Below are positions 1-8,602 of a stretch of DNA of 39,258 nucleotides, in pieces. Source of the stretch: a virus. The stretch lies in the IMG/VR virus record IMGVR_UViG_3300032007_000195, one strand, 5' to 3'. The first letter of the stretch is position 1. Each line of letters opens with the position of its first letter. Under the pieces are notes generated by a model. That model did not search any database. It was not told the DNA's origin and was given only the letters and a program-made list of their open reading frames with translations. The translations under genes were made by a program, and so were the position numbers.

Positions 1-127
1 CGAGTGCTTGCGGCGATAGTTGAACACCTTGCGTCCCCACTTCGTCTTGCAATACGGGTCTCGCTTGTCGGCCTTTTTCATCTTGCGGGGCATCTTGCCG
101 ATGGGTCGCTCAATCTTTACGTTCACC
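1..127. repeat. Terminal direct repeat, copy 1; identical to 39132-39258 (circular-contig closure overlap)
   Basis: Compared base by base: all 127 nt are identical. The repeat lies inside a minus-strand ORF that stays open across the junction. Confidence 0.95.
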
Positions 128-342
128 AACTTCGGCCCTCGCATCATGTCCTTCAGCGGGTCGAGGATGTCGCCCTCCGTCACCAGAGCGTTGCAACTGA
201 TGCCCCACGACTTGTTGAAATCTTCATGCTTCGGCTCTTCGGCTTTCTCTACCGTGCCGAGGTACGTCAGCGTTCCGATTCGGGATGTGCCTATCACCTG
301 ACCGCCGACCATGATTTTTAAATTCTCTCCCTTAATCTTCAT
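1..342 (-). CDS. Hypothetical protein, 5' part. ATG at 342; the ORF crosses the circular junction and ends at 39006 (about 155 aa in total)
   Basis: The reverse complement of 1-342 reads MKIKGENLKIMVGGQVIGTS... without stops. It is in frame with track ORF 39006..39257 through the 127-nt repeat. Confidence 0.6.
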   Translation of the reverse strand, partial: MKIKGENLKIMVGGQVIGTSRIGTLTYLGTVEKAEEPKHEDFNKSWGISCNALVTEGDILDPLKDMMRGPKLVNVKIERPIGKMPRKMKKADKRDPYCKTKWGRKVFNYRRKHS

Positions 343-380
343 GGTTCTATGTTTTATATATGATACTTTTTGTGTCAATG

Positions 381-410
381 AAAAATCCCAGGTGAGGAGA
401 GGAACCTGGG
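381..410 (-). terminator. Intrinsic terminator (minus strand)
   Basis: Minus strand reads CCCAGGT-(10-nt loop)-ACCTGGG followed by ATTTTT. Confidence 0.55.
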
Positions 411-705
411 ATTGCAGTCTTTCCTGCTGTCGAGATACCACTTGTCTCCCTAAACGTGAGATAAATAATCTTATGTAAAAATCAATAGCATTCGCAATTA
501 TTCAGAAGTCACCACATTCCTGATTGATAGCCGTTGCTCCGATAAGCATTACGCCTACGGGGATTCTCGCCCCGCTCCGAGGTGCCTTTACACCCCGCAA
601 ATAGAATGTTAAACTAAAAATAATTACTCAGTAAAATACATTATATCTCTCCTCGATGGCCCAAAGGACCACCCGCTATTTGCACCGCTGTGCTCAAAAT
701 TTAAA

Positions 706-867
706 TTAAAGTCCATAGCGACGCTTTTGCATCTCTAATCGTTCTTCGTAGGTCATATCACTGGTGATAGCCGTGCGCCTTAAGATTTCGCACCGCTCTT
801 CAAAGCTGCGGTTCGGGTTGAACTCAAAGCGACCCTCTGCGCACTCCTGCTCAAATGTCTTTGCCAT
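706..867 (-). CDS. Small hypothetical protein (53 aa, below the ORF-track cutoff)
   Basis: Hand translation gives MAKTFEQECAEGRFEFNPNRSFEERCEILRRTAITSDMTYEERLEMQKRRYGL*. The ORF sits just downstream of a terminator on the same strand as its neighbours. Confidence 0.35.
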   Translation of the reverse strand: MAKTFEQECAEGRFEFNPNRSFEERCEILRRTAITSDMTYEERLEMQKRRYGL

Positions 868-880
868 AATTCGTTCAATT

Positions 881-910
881 CGTGTTCAAAAGAAAAGAGA
901 GCCGACATAC
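881..910 (-). terminator. Intrinsic terminator after the 924-1220 gene
   Basis: Minus strand reads GAGGGCTGAC-GTAT-GTCGGCTCTC followed by TTTTCT. A near-identical hairpin is reused at 38555-38585. Confidence 0.6.
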
Positions 911-923
911 GTCAGCCCTCTAA

Positions 924-1220
924 TTATGCTTTTTTGTATTGATTCAGAATGTAATTGAATGCATAGTCTGCGTTGGGGTCGCTTCTTGCGTATAAATTTC
1001 CAATGGCAATAAGTGAGGCGTGTATGATGTCATCCGGCACCTTGCCATATTCTTTGATGATAACAGAGAGGTCTTTCCCTATCTTCTTGCTTACGGTCTC
1101 CTCTGCCTTGATTATAAGAGCTTGAATATCGCCGTCTATCTTCCGTTGCTCAGCAGGGTCCTCTCTATAGAAGTCTATGCGAAGATGCTTCTTCACCATA
1201 TCTATTGTTACACAACTCAT
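924..1220 (-). CDS. Head-tail connector / DNA-packaging adaptor, gp6-like (paralogue 1)
   Basis: 98 aa. The N-terminus VTIDMVKKHLRIDFYREDPAE...IQALIIKAEE matches the typical gp6-like pattern (xxLeeaKaHLRiD..dDd..I..li.aA). Confidence 0.55.
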   Translation of the reverse strand: MSCVTIDMVKKHLRIDFYREDPAEQRKIDGDIQALIIKAEETVSKKIGKDLSVIIKEYGKVPDDIIHASLIAIGNLYARSDPNADYAFNYILNQYKKA

Positions 1221-1225
1221 TCTCT

Positions 1226-1678
1226 CTAAAAATTGGGTACTCCTATGTATCTCCAGTAAAGGTTGTCGGTGACGCGAATCTTAGCTGAATGGTCATATGG
1301 ACCAACCATGCCGTCTGATGTGGTGGCGAAATATCGCTTCTCCTCTTCTATGCGGAAGTAACACATCTGCATCTTGAATTCGCCGCTATCGTCTTTAATG
1401 GCGACAAGGATAAATCCCTCGTGCGTTGGCAATCCTTCGCAAGCCTTTTGCCACGGGTAACCCTTTAGCTCTGATGAGAATTCCTCGTCGTTCTCGTGGC
1501 GGTTGCCCACCTGCTTGGCAGTGAATGTCTGGCCGTCCACCTCGATGGTGGCTTCGCACGAATCCCATCCTGCTGTATAATCCTTGGCTATCGCATCAAT
1601 ATATTCCTGGAAGTCACTGTTGTCCTTGTCCGTTGTATTCTCTTCGTAAGTTGCAACGATTGTTAGTTTCTCTTTCAT
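1226..1678 (-). CDS. Hypothetical protein (150 aa)
   Basis: Long ORF tightly packed between TerL and the connector gene. No motif recognised. Confidence 0.65.
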   Translation of the reverse strand: MKEKLTIVATYEENTTDKDNSDFQEYIDAIAKDYTAGWDSCEATIEVDGQTFTAKQVGNRHENDEEFSSELKGYPWQKACEGLPTHEGFILVAIKDDSGEFKMQMCYFRIEEEKRYFATTSDGMVGPYDHSAKIRVTDNLYWRYIGVPNF

Positions 1679-1691
1679 GTTTGTAGTCGTA

Positions 1692-1716
1692 ATTATGAAT
1701 TATGAATTATGAATTG
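1692..1716 (-). repeat. Heptamer tandem repeat (minus strand TCATAAT x3) spanning the TerL stop codon
   Basis: Plus strand reads attatga x3. On the minus strand TAA recurs every 7 nt, which puts stops in all three frames. Confidence 0.8.
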
Positions 1717-3683
1717 ATTTTAACTTCTGCTGCGTCGTACAGAATCAGCGCACTAAGCAGCATCTGAACATTGTCTACCTTGCCGTTGGCATCGCGCTTC
1801 ACGGGTTTGAGATTCTCCATACCGTCGTTCGATTCCTGGAGCATCACATTGCCAAACTGCCAGGGCCAGAGGGGGTTCTGGCTGAAGTGAATCATGGGGT
1901 CTGGTATCTGATGCCCCATTCCGTCGTCTCGGCTGCGTCTGACCATATAGTCGAACTCCTTAACGGCAGGAGAATAGTTGCCGAACTTCTGGCTGACCGG
2001 CACTATCATCTGCTTGGGATCGAGCCCGATGTCGAACACCCATTGGCTGAGGGCATTTATTACCATCTTGGCATTGAATGGATCGTAACCGAAGCCAAAG
2101 AACTCCACATCCTTGCCGTCCAGCTCGATGATTCTGTTTACCGGCCACGATGGGTCGAAGGTCTGACCAGGCACTATGTGCAGCCATCCGTCTGCCGCCC
2201 ACTTCAGCAAGAGCTCGCGTAGGGGGCTCTCGTTGACCGCCTTCTCTGACATGTACGAATCCATGTCGGCAAAGAATTCTCCCGTCCGTGGGTTGTAGGC
2301 CAGATAGCTTACTCCGTTCAGGTCGTCCCCCTTGCTGAAGTCGAAGCCTGCCCATACCATCCAACCGTAGCCGCGTGAGCAGTCGTCGATGCGGCGTCCA
2401 ATCTGCAAGGGCCGGATGTCGTCTGGCGTTAGCCAACCCTTCACGGTGTTGGATGAGTAGACGTTGAACAGCTTGCTGAACAACTCGCCTCGCGTCATCT
2501 TGCCGTTGTACATATCGCTGATGCTGTCATCGTAGAACTGATGCTGGCAGGTGATGCCCAGCATGGGGTTTATCTTGCGGCGGATGTCCTTGGATGTCAG
2601 CAGCAGCTCCTCGTCGTACTTCTCCCAATCGTCGGGTTCGAGCAACAGACAGAGCTGGCGATCTTGGCTCAATGTCGGTGTCTCTTCGCCGGAGTCGAAC
2701 TTAAGTTCCAGTAGAAGGTTCTGATGCAAGCCTGCCAACATGTCGATGAATGGCCCCGATGTTATGGTGCCTGCCGTTGTGGTGCCAAAGGTTAGTCCCT
2801 CGCGGCGGGGTCCCATACTGGAGCGCATCACGTTAACGAGGTTCATCATGTCGCTCTTTCCGTTGGTGTATGGGCTGCTCCCGAGCTCATCCCAGTTGAC
2901 CAGCTCGGCAAATGGGCCATCCTTTGTCTTGCCGCCTGCCGTCAGAGGCATTATCATGGCATTGCGAACTTGGTGGAACTTAGGCTTCCATTGGATGGAC
3001 TTCGATGTCATGTCGAATCGCTGCTTAGTATCGGCATCCTTCAGCATGAATCGTGTACGGCCATAAAGTATGCGACTCTGGAATTCGGCATTGGCACAAC
3101 AGTATATCTCCGAGTTGTAGTCGCCCATCAGGAAGAATACTACCTGAATGAAGGCGGACATTCCCGTCTTGTCAGTCTTTCTTGGCGTGTACAATACGAA
3201 GTAGTTGCACAGCCTGCGAAAGTCCTCTACCATGCCATCCTCTCGCTCGCGTTCTGTCAGCAAAAGCTCTGACTTGTCGATTGCCTGAACTCCGGTGTCG
3301 AACCAAGTATGGAAGCCAAAGACAGAGGCAAGCACGAACACCTGGAATGGTTGCCACCTGTAGACGTGAGCGGTGTCTGTGCCTGGGCACTTGATGCCGC
3401 CACGGACATGGTGCCAACGCCCCCTCTCGTCCTGCTGCCATTCTCCTTCGCGTAGCTTGATAATCTGCTGCACTCGCCGTTCGTTGAACTCGTATGTTCT
3501 GAGCAGCCGTAAGAACTTTACGGCACAAAGAATCTCGTAGCCGTTGTGCAGCTCGGGGTTGTACATTAATCCGATATAGTAATCATACAGACGCTTGTCG
3601 ATTGCATCCAGGGCTTGCATGGCCATCTCGTCCAATCTTCTGATTAATATGCCGTGCGCCTGCTTTTTCTCCTCTTGTGTCAT
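1707..3683 (-). CDS. terL: Terminase large subunit
   Basis: 658 aa. P-loop-like YTPRKTDKTGMSAF. Size and overall layout are typical of Terminase_1-type TerL, and the gene is preceded by a small terminase and an HNH gene. Confidence 0.88.
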   Translation of the reverse strand: MTQEEKKQAHGILIRRLDEMAMQALDAIDKRLYDYYIGLMYNPELHNGYEILCAVKFLRLLRTYEFNERRVQQIIKLREGEWQQDERGRWHHVRGGIKCPGTDTAHVYRWQPFQVFVLASVFGFHTWFDTGVQAIDKSELLLTEREREDGMVEDFRRLCNYFVLYTPRKTDKTGMSAFIQVVFFLMGDYNSEIYCCANAEFQSRILYGRTRFMLKDADTKQRFDMTSKSIQWKPKFHQVRNAMIMPLTAGGKTKDGPFAELVNWDELGSSPYTNGKSDMMNLVNVMRSSMGPRREGLTFGTTTAGTITSGPFIDMLAGLHQNLLLELKFDSGEETPTLSQDRQLCLLLEPDDWEKYDEELLLTSKDIRRKINPMLGITCQHQFYDDSISDMYNGKMTRGELFSKLFNVYSSNTVKGWLTPDDIRPLQIGRRIDDCSRGYGWMVWAGFDFSKGDDLNGVSYLAYNPRTGEFFADMDSYMSEKAVNESPLRELLLKWAADGWLHIVPGQTFDPSWPVNRIIELDGKDVEFFGFGYDPFNAKMVINALSQWVFDIGLDPKQMIVPVSQKFGNYSPAVKEFDYMVRRSRDDGMGHQIPDPMIHFSQNPLWPWQFGNVMLQESNDGMENLKPVKRDANGKVDNVQMLLSALILYDAAEVKINS

Positions 3684-3689
3684 AGTCTC

Positions 3690-4055
3690 TTATTTCTGTG
3701 ATAACATCGAAAGTACAGGATCGTCTTCGTCTATATCGTTGCCTGTGGCAGTAGCGGATTTGCCCTTGTTGGTAAGCCCAAGGGCCTCGAACTGTCGGAT
3801 GAGGGTGTTCTGCATCTTGTCGTACTTGTCGAGCAAGGGGTGAACATCAATCTTCTGCTGTCCCATCGAGCCGGTCATGGAGTTGGTGATATTCTCCTTC
3901 TCCAGCTGGCTCTGCATCTTGTCGAGGATAATCATGTTCATTGCCGTGGCCCTTAGCATTGGCATTAGCCAAGGGTCGAAGCCTGCTGATGTCTTCTGTT
4001 GTATCAGTTCCTTCAGCTCCTCGATGTAGTCTTGTGTTGTTTTATCTTTTCCCAT
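3690..4055 (-). CDS. terS: Terminase small subunit (P27-family-like)
   Basis: 121 aa, immediately upstream of TerL. Helical and charged with an acidic C-terminus. The call rests on size and position. Confidence 0.55.
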   Translation of the reverse strand: MGKDKTTQDYIEELKELIQQKTSAGFDPWLMPMLRATAMNMIILDKMQSQLEKENITNSMTGSMGQQKIDVHPLLDKYDKMQNTLIRQFEALGLTNKGKSATATGNDIDEDDPVLSMLSQK

Positions 4056-4056
4056 G

Positions 4057-4401
4057 TTATCTATGGAATTTAATCGTTAATTGTAGGGTGCATTCATAGG
4101 GTATTCGGCACTCGTTGTAGGTCTGAACACCCACCCCGAGCTGACGGTTGGGTAACTGCATCCATGCCTCCCAACGGTTGTCGCAAGGTCGGTGCCAGGG
4201 GTGATTAACGTCTCTGCTGGATGCCCTCACGCGGGCTCCTCGCTGGGTCAAAGCCTCCATAGTGCCGATGCAGACGTGCGTTTCCTTGCTGTTCTTTGGC
4301 CGGACAACCGACTTGGGTACCAGACCCAGAAGCGGACATTCTGCACAACAATCTGGCTGAATCGGAGGTAGCTTGATTAGTACAATATTGCGTCGTGGCA
4401 T
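4057..4401 (-). CDS. Hypothetical Cys-rich protein (114 aa)
   Basis: ORF abuts TerS. Contains CCAEC...C...C motifs. No family recognised. Confidence 0.5.
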   Translation of the reverse strand: MPRRNIVLIKLPPIQPDCCAECPLLGLVPKSVVRPKNSKETHVCIGTMEALTQRGARVRASSRDVNHPWHRPCDNRWEAWMQLPNRQLGVGVQTYNECRIPYECTLQLTIKFHR

Positions 4402-4593
4402 TTATTTTTCTTTTAAGTGGTAATTTGTGTTCTCTGAATTGCCCTTTTTTAGAGGTGGTGGCATTGTTCCAACATTGGCTATTATGTAGTGTGGGAAAAA
4501 ACGCTATCTCTAAAAATCCCTCTCTCGATAGAGGGAAGGGGCAGTGGATTTCGGATTCTTTTCCTTTTGCCAATAAACGAGGCCCCGAGGGTT

Positions 4594-4923
4594 TTATCCA
4601 TGTCTGTCTATCCACCTTTGCAGCCGCTCGTCTTCCCGCTGCTTGTGCGCTTCCTTTGTATGGCTTAGGGCCTCGCGGTGCACTTTGGCGTGGCAACTTA
4701 TACAAAGGCTTTGCAAGTTGTGGGGATTGAAACAGAGTTGCTCCATCTCATAGAGTGTTCGGGCGGATTCGCAAGGCTCTTTGTGGTGAATATCAATGGC
4801 ACTGGTCACATAACCTTCTGCCTGGCATAGCTCGCACAATGGGTTCTGTTCCAGCTTCCATGCTCTCAGTTCCTTCCATCGCTTGCTGTTCAGCAGCTTC
4901 TGGTATCGTTTATCTCTGCTCAT
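4594..4923 (-). CDS. HNH endonuclease (packaging-associated)
   Basis: CELCQAEG...IDIHHKEP...NLQSLCISCHAKVH is a classic HNH/zinc-finger signature. The gene lies upstream of the terminase genes, as in HK97-like cos phages. Confidence 0.88.
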   Translation of the reverse strand: MSRDKRYQKLLNSKRWKELRAWKLEQNPLCELCQAEGYVTSAIDIHHKEPCESARTLYEMEQLCFNPHNLQSLCISCHAKVHREALSHTKEAHKQREDERLQRWIDRHG

Positions 4924-4938
4924 GGTGGTGTAACTTTA

Positions 4939-4969
4939 ATTCTTCACTCTTCATTCTTCATTCTTCATT
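4939..4969 (-). repeat. 31-nt element, copy A (attcttcactcttcattcttcattcttcatt); exact copy at 36657-36687
   Basis: Identical 31-mers read directly from the sequence. The minus strand is (A)ATGAAGA x3 then GTGAAGA, so TGA recurs with period 7. The upstream gene stops in the first TGA. Confidence 0.9.
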
Positions 4970-5609
4970 TCGATTCGCGCTGTGAATCGAACATGTCAGG
5001 TGTCTTCTTCATCTTCCTTCGGTACTGGGTATCGCCTGGCTTCTGGCCGAAGTCGCCACGATCATTGTCCTCGAAGTCTTCCAACAGTTGCCGCTTCTGC
5101 TCTTCCTCCTCCAGCTCTCCCACCACATCCAGCAGTAGTTCGAAGATGCTGCTGCATTGCCGACATGCTGCAATGAATCGCATTCGCATGTATAGCTGAG
5201 GGAATGTCAGGTTGAGGAATCGTTCCAATATCTGCTGGACGTTGAAGTTCTGCTTCCATTGCCCAAAGAACGGGCGTTCGACGTGCATTACCACCACACC
5301 CTTTTTGCCTTCCTTGTCGTTCAGGTAGTAGGTTGCCTCTGCCACCTCGGGCTTGGCATTGGGGTCGGCAAGGTTGAAGTTGTCCTCCCATCCTACCATA
5401 CCCTCGAACACGCCTACCACCTTCTCGCTCTCGGGAGTCAGGTTGTGTTTGTCGTCCATGTGTTTTACCATGCTGGCGCATGTGTTCTGAATCATCTGGT
5501 AGGTGTTGATGCCTCGCTTGTTCAGCAACCGCATCAGCCTGCCATAACACCAGGTGCTAATCTTACCGGCGACACTAACGTAGGTGCCTTCTTCTGTCTG
5601 CTTCTTCAT
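4965..5609 (-). CDS. Hypothetical protein (214 aa), acidic C-terminal region
   Basis: Long ORF in the early/replication block. No motif recognised. Confidence 0.65.
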   Translation of the reverse strand: MKKQTEEGTYVSVAGKISTWCYGRLMRLLNKRGINTYQMIQNTCASMVKHMDDKHNLTPESEKVVGVFEGMVGWEDNFNLADPNAKPEVAEATYYLNDKEGKKGVVVMHVERPFFGQWKQNFNVQQILERFLNLTFPQLYMRMRFIAACRQCSSIFELLLDVVGELEEEEQKRQLLEDFEDNDRGDFGQKPGDTQYRRKMKKTPDMFDSQRESK

Positions 5610-5628
5610 AGCTTGCTTCTTATAACGG

Positions 5629-5796
5629 TTAATCGAATCCTTGTAGCAAATCCATCTGTGGAATCTTCGTTCGCTTCTGCTCTTCTGTCCGGACAGAATG
5701 CAATATCCACTTGCCCTGACTGTCCTTCTCCCACTCTACCTCGCCGCGTCTGTGCATCATCAGTAGAGCTTTCTCAATTACTTTCAGTTTATCCAT
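5629..5796 (-). CDS. Small hypothetical protein (55 aa, below the ORF-track cutoff)
   Basis: Hand translation gives MDKLKVIEKALLMMHRRGEVEWEKDSQGKWILHSVRTEEQKRTKIPQMDLLQGFD*. It fills the gap between the primase gene and the next gene. Confidence 0.4.
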   Translation of the reverse strand: MDKLKVIEKALLMMHRRGEVEWEKDSQGKWILHSVRTEEQKRTKIPQMDLLQGFD

Positions 5797-5801
5797 ATTC
5801 T

Positions 5802-6908
5802 TTATTTGTTTGTTTTAGAATCGTTAATTATCCGCAGCACCACGTCCGCGATGTCTGCCTTCTCTCCGTCCTGTGGTTGCCACCATTCCTTTACTGCCTG
5901 GGTGTTCAGCATCAGCCCCGAGTAGTTTATCTCCGTGGCTTTCTTCAGCCACCTGTTAATGCCGTCCCTGTCTGGGAAGAGTTGAATCTTGCGGCCTTGG
6001 TCAATAAGTGGCTGCAACCGCTCGCGCTTAAGGTTCTGCATACCGCAGCATGCCATCCATACTTGCGAGGCATTGTTGCCGTAGGCTATCGCCATAATGA
6101 CTGCCGTCTTCTCGCTCTCCACGATATTGACCGTTGCCGTTGGGTAGGCGTTCAGCAGGTGTTGCCCGAACAGGCAGTAGCTGGCCGCTTCCTTCTTTTC
6201 GTCAAAGTGGTTGTGGCCTTTTGCGTCTCTCATCATAGCGTGCAACCACGTCTGACTATAATGACTTTCTTTATCTCTATGTCCATCCTGGCGGTACTTC
6301 ATCATGTGAAAGTTATGAAGGACGTTCTGCTCATCCACCATCGGCCATATAGTAAATTCGTTCTTATAACCGTACTTTTCTATACATACATGCCCTACGT
6401 GGTATTCGTTCAGGGCTTTCCACATATTCTTGCGCTGGCAGTCGTCCCAAGGTTGGGATTGCAGCCAATTCACAAAGTTGTCATTGCTCAGGTTCTTGTA
6501 GTCCTTGTAGTACCTTATCCATGCGGTAGGCCACGTCCTCTTTGGCAGGTTGTCTTCAATGGTATTCATGTCTCTTGGTTTAGCGGGTTTTATCTTCTTG
6601 AATTTCTCGCGGTTATAGTCTTCATTGATGGTGATGCCGTACTTTGTTGCCAGATAGCGCAATGCATCAGGGTACGACAGATGCTCGTAGTTCATCAGGA
6701 AGTCAATAGGACCTCCTCCAGCATCGCAACTGAAGCACTTATAACAATTCCTTGCAGGATGTACTACAAAGCTGCCCAGTTTATGGTCATCATGAAAAGG
6801 GCAAAGGCACTGGTAGTTGACTCCTTTCTTCTTCAGCGTCAGGAAGTCGCTTACGACATCCACGATGCCCGCCGCGTCCTTTATCTTCTGTTCCGTAAGT
6901 TTATCCAT
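5802..6908 (-). CDS. DNA primase (CHC2 zinc finger plus Toprim)
   Basis: CLCPFHDDHKLGSFVVHPARNCYKCFSCDAGG is a CHC2 zinc finger. IVESEKTA and FPDRDG are Toprim acidic motifs. I placed the start at MDKLTEQK (6908), because the track's upstream extension reads through a GC-rich noncoding region. Confidence 0.85.
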   Translation of the reverse strand: MDKLTEQKIKDAAGIVDVVSDFLTLKKKGVNYQCLCPFHDDHKLGSFVVHPARNCYKCFSCDAGGGPIDFLMNYEHLSYPDALRYLATKYGITINEDYNREKFKKIKPAKPRDMNTIEDNLPKRTWPTAWIRYYKDYKNLSNDNFVNWLQSQPWDDCQRKNMWKALNEYHVGHVCIEKYGYKNEFTIWPMVDEQNVLHNFHMMKYRQDGHRDKESHYSQTWLHAMMRDAKGHNHFDEKKEAASYCLFGQHLLNAYPTATVNIVESEKTAVIMAIAYGNNASQVWMACCGMQNLKRERLQPLIDQGRKIQLFPDRDGINRWLKKATEINYSGLMLNTQAVKEWWQPQDGEKADIADVVLRIINDSKTNK

Positions 6909-7097
6909 GTCTTCGATATATAATATCCATGTAAAGCCGAGCGCGTGTGCGCGTGGCGCGTGTGTGGGATGCTTGCCCCTTAAACCTGCCCGCCGCCCTT
7001 GCGGGCGTGGTTTATGGTGCATGCAGCGCACCACGAGTTCAACCTTGGTTTAACTCCCCCTACACCTTTAGGTGTAGAGGAAGGTTGGTTTAACTCA
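6909..7097. promoter_or_regulatory. Structured GC-rich intergenic region between the helicase-like and primase genes (candidate origin or regulatory region)
   Basis: 12-nt direct repeat ttggtttaactc at 7045-7056 and 7085-7096, flanking a hairpin at 7057-7080. GNRA-type hairpin cgccc-ttgc-gggcg at 6994-7007. GCGCGTG occurs three times at 6941, 6949 and 6956. Confidence 0.35.
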
Positions 7098-8252
7098 TCA
7101 GAATGGAAGAACATCTGCAAGCTGTAGGGCGTAATGTCCGCCAATCTTGGTTGTTGATTCTTCCAACATTCTCTCTTCTATTGCGAAGTCGAGGTCGGCT
7201 TGCTGACGGCCATCGTTGCGTTGACCACCAATGGCTCCGAATACCTTCTGTTTGATGTCCTTGCGACTCATTGGCCAGTTGTACATCGTGTAAGCCTCTG
7301 CCAACCACTTGTTGATGTCTTCCTTGCTGTCATGCTCAGGCTTCTGTCGCTTGCTGTCTCCGGCATTGGCAACAATCTTTGGAATACCGAGCTTGCCGGC
7401 ATCGTCTGTGACTTCAAACTTCCAATCGTCGAGGTCTTTGTCGCGGGCGTCTTGCTGCTTAACGGTGAAGGTGACAATACCGTTCTTTTTCTCCTTGATA
7501 CTGATAAGCGTATCTGACACCTTGTTGCCGAGCTCTGTACCAATCCAACCTCTCATCTTTGCTTCGTCTGAATCCTGAGTGCGACCTGGATTCTGATGAA
7601 GAGCCAACCAGATGCACATATTCTTCTCTTCGGCAAGGCTTGCCAACTCGTCCAGAATCTGTGTTCCTGATTCCTCGTCGTTGATACTTGCCAGCAGATC
7701 GCGCAAGCCATCAATGAATACGATGTCGGGGTTGAGTGATTCGATTGCTAACTTGATTAGCTGGTAGCGTTGGCGGTATGGTCGGACATCGGTGTCTTTT
7801 GGCATATTCTTAAGCCATAGGACGTGAAATTGGTCGTTAGGCATAGGTTGCTTCAAGTCCCATCCGCAAAGCCAGTGAACACGCCTTAAAACCTTGGCAG
7901 AGGATAGCTTTTCCATCTCGGTGTCTACATACAGGACCTTTGGCTTGTGCCCAAGGTATTCTATGGTACGAGGAGGAACATGAAGACCTCCAAGATATTC
8001 TTGCGTTCGCTCAATACCATCGCCGAGGATTGCCGCCATAAGCTGCGTAAAGACGAATGATTTACCATTCTTCTTTTGTCCGCTAATGGCTCCCAGACCA
8101 CCGACCTTGCCAAAAGGTACTCCGTTGTATTCGAGCATACAATAAGGTTCTGGGTAATCTTCGCGTGGGTCCAACAGATAAGGCCGCAGTTGGTCGAAAG
8201 CCAACTGTTCAGGCGTTTTTATCTGTGGCAAATTGTTATTCTCTCCACTCAT
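7098..8252 (-). CDS. RecA-fold replicative ATPase (AAA_25 / DnaB-RepA-like helicase)
   Basis: Walker A GQKKNGKS, Walker B IVFIDGLRD. Adjacent to the primase gene. Confidence 0.7.
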   Translation of the reverse strand: MSGENNNLPQIKTPEQLAFDQLRPYLLDPREDYPEPYCMLEYNGVPFGKVGGLGAISGQKKNGKSFVFTQLMAAILGDGIERTQEYLGGLHVPPRTIEYLGHKPKVLYVDTEMEKLSSAKVLRRVHWLCGWDLKQPMPNDQFHVLWLKNMPKDTDVRPYRQRYQLIKLAIESLNPDIVFIDGLRDLLASINDEESGTQILDELASLAEEKNMCIWLALHQNPGRTQDSDEAKMRGWIGTELGNKVSDTLISIKEKKNGIVTFTVKQQDARDKDLDDWKFEVTDDAGKLGIPKIVANAGDSKRQKPEHDSKEDINKWLAEAYTMYNWPMSRKDIKQKVFGAIGGQRNDGRQQADLDFAIEERMLEESTTKIGGHYALQLADVLPF

Positions 8253-8544
8253 AGTCGCGTGCTAATATTATATCCTTTAGTTCTTGTTTACGCTTCTTAA
8301 TATCCTCTTCCAGCATCCGCATCTTAATCTTGTGGCCGAACTTCTTGCTGTTCTCGTATGCCACACGCAGAGCCTTTATTTCGTTGATGCCCTTGCGGAT
8401 ATTCTCACGCCAACGTCGCTCATCGGCAAGCATCTGGTCGGCATATCGTTCGCCGTCCCAACTGGTGTTGCCTTGGTAGGCTCCATTGGTGGAGGTTGGC
8501 ATCTTCAGCTCGTCGTCATCATCCCATAAGTCTATATTGAACAT
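8236..8544 (-). CDS. Hypothetical protein (102 aa)
   Basis: The ORF overlaps the start of the ATPase gene by 17 nt, an operon-like arrangement. Confidence 0.55.
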   Translation of the reverse strand: MFNIDLWDDDDELKMPTSTNGAYQGNTSWDGERYADQMLADERRWRENIRKGINEIKALRVAYENSKKFGHKIKMRMLEEDIKKRKQELKDIILARDYEWRE

Positions 8545-8570
8545 ATATTTGTGTTTTAGTTGTAGTCGTT

Positions 8571-8602
8571 AAAAAAGACGGCGATCTTCACAGACAGCCG
8601 CC
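8571..8602 (-). terminator. Intrinsic terminator closing the 9165-8571 noncoding locus
   Basis: Minus strand reads GGCGGC-(14-nt loop)-GCCGTC followed by TTTTTT. Confidence 0.5.

Noticed and set aside
538-547. Shared 10-mer gctccgataa between the two large noncoding regions (also near 8661)
   Set aside because: A single shared 10-mer between two regions of about 400 nt is not far from chance expectation. It is mentioned under the findings but not treated as evidence of homology.
4205-4705. 166-aa minus-strand ORF overlapping both the HNH gene and the 4057-4401 gene
   Set aside because: It lies in an alternative frame across two better-supported ORFs and the intergenic hairpin. Its composition is Arg/Pro/Gly-rich.
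5259-6923. 554-aa plus-strand ORF, the longest plus-strand ORF in the window
   Set aside because: It lies entirely antisense to the primase gene and neighbouring minus-strand genes, which carry clear CHC2/Toprim motifs. Its translation is low-complexity and hydrophobic (Val/Leu/His-rich) with no motif. It is a typical shadow ORF.
6909-7034. N-terminal extension of the primase ORF (MVRCMHHKPRPQGRRAGL...)
   Set aside because: It reads through the GC-rich repeat and hairpin region and gives an Arg/Pro/His-rich low-complexity peptide. The conserved primase N-terminus starts at MDKLTEQK (6908).
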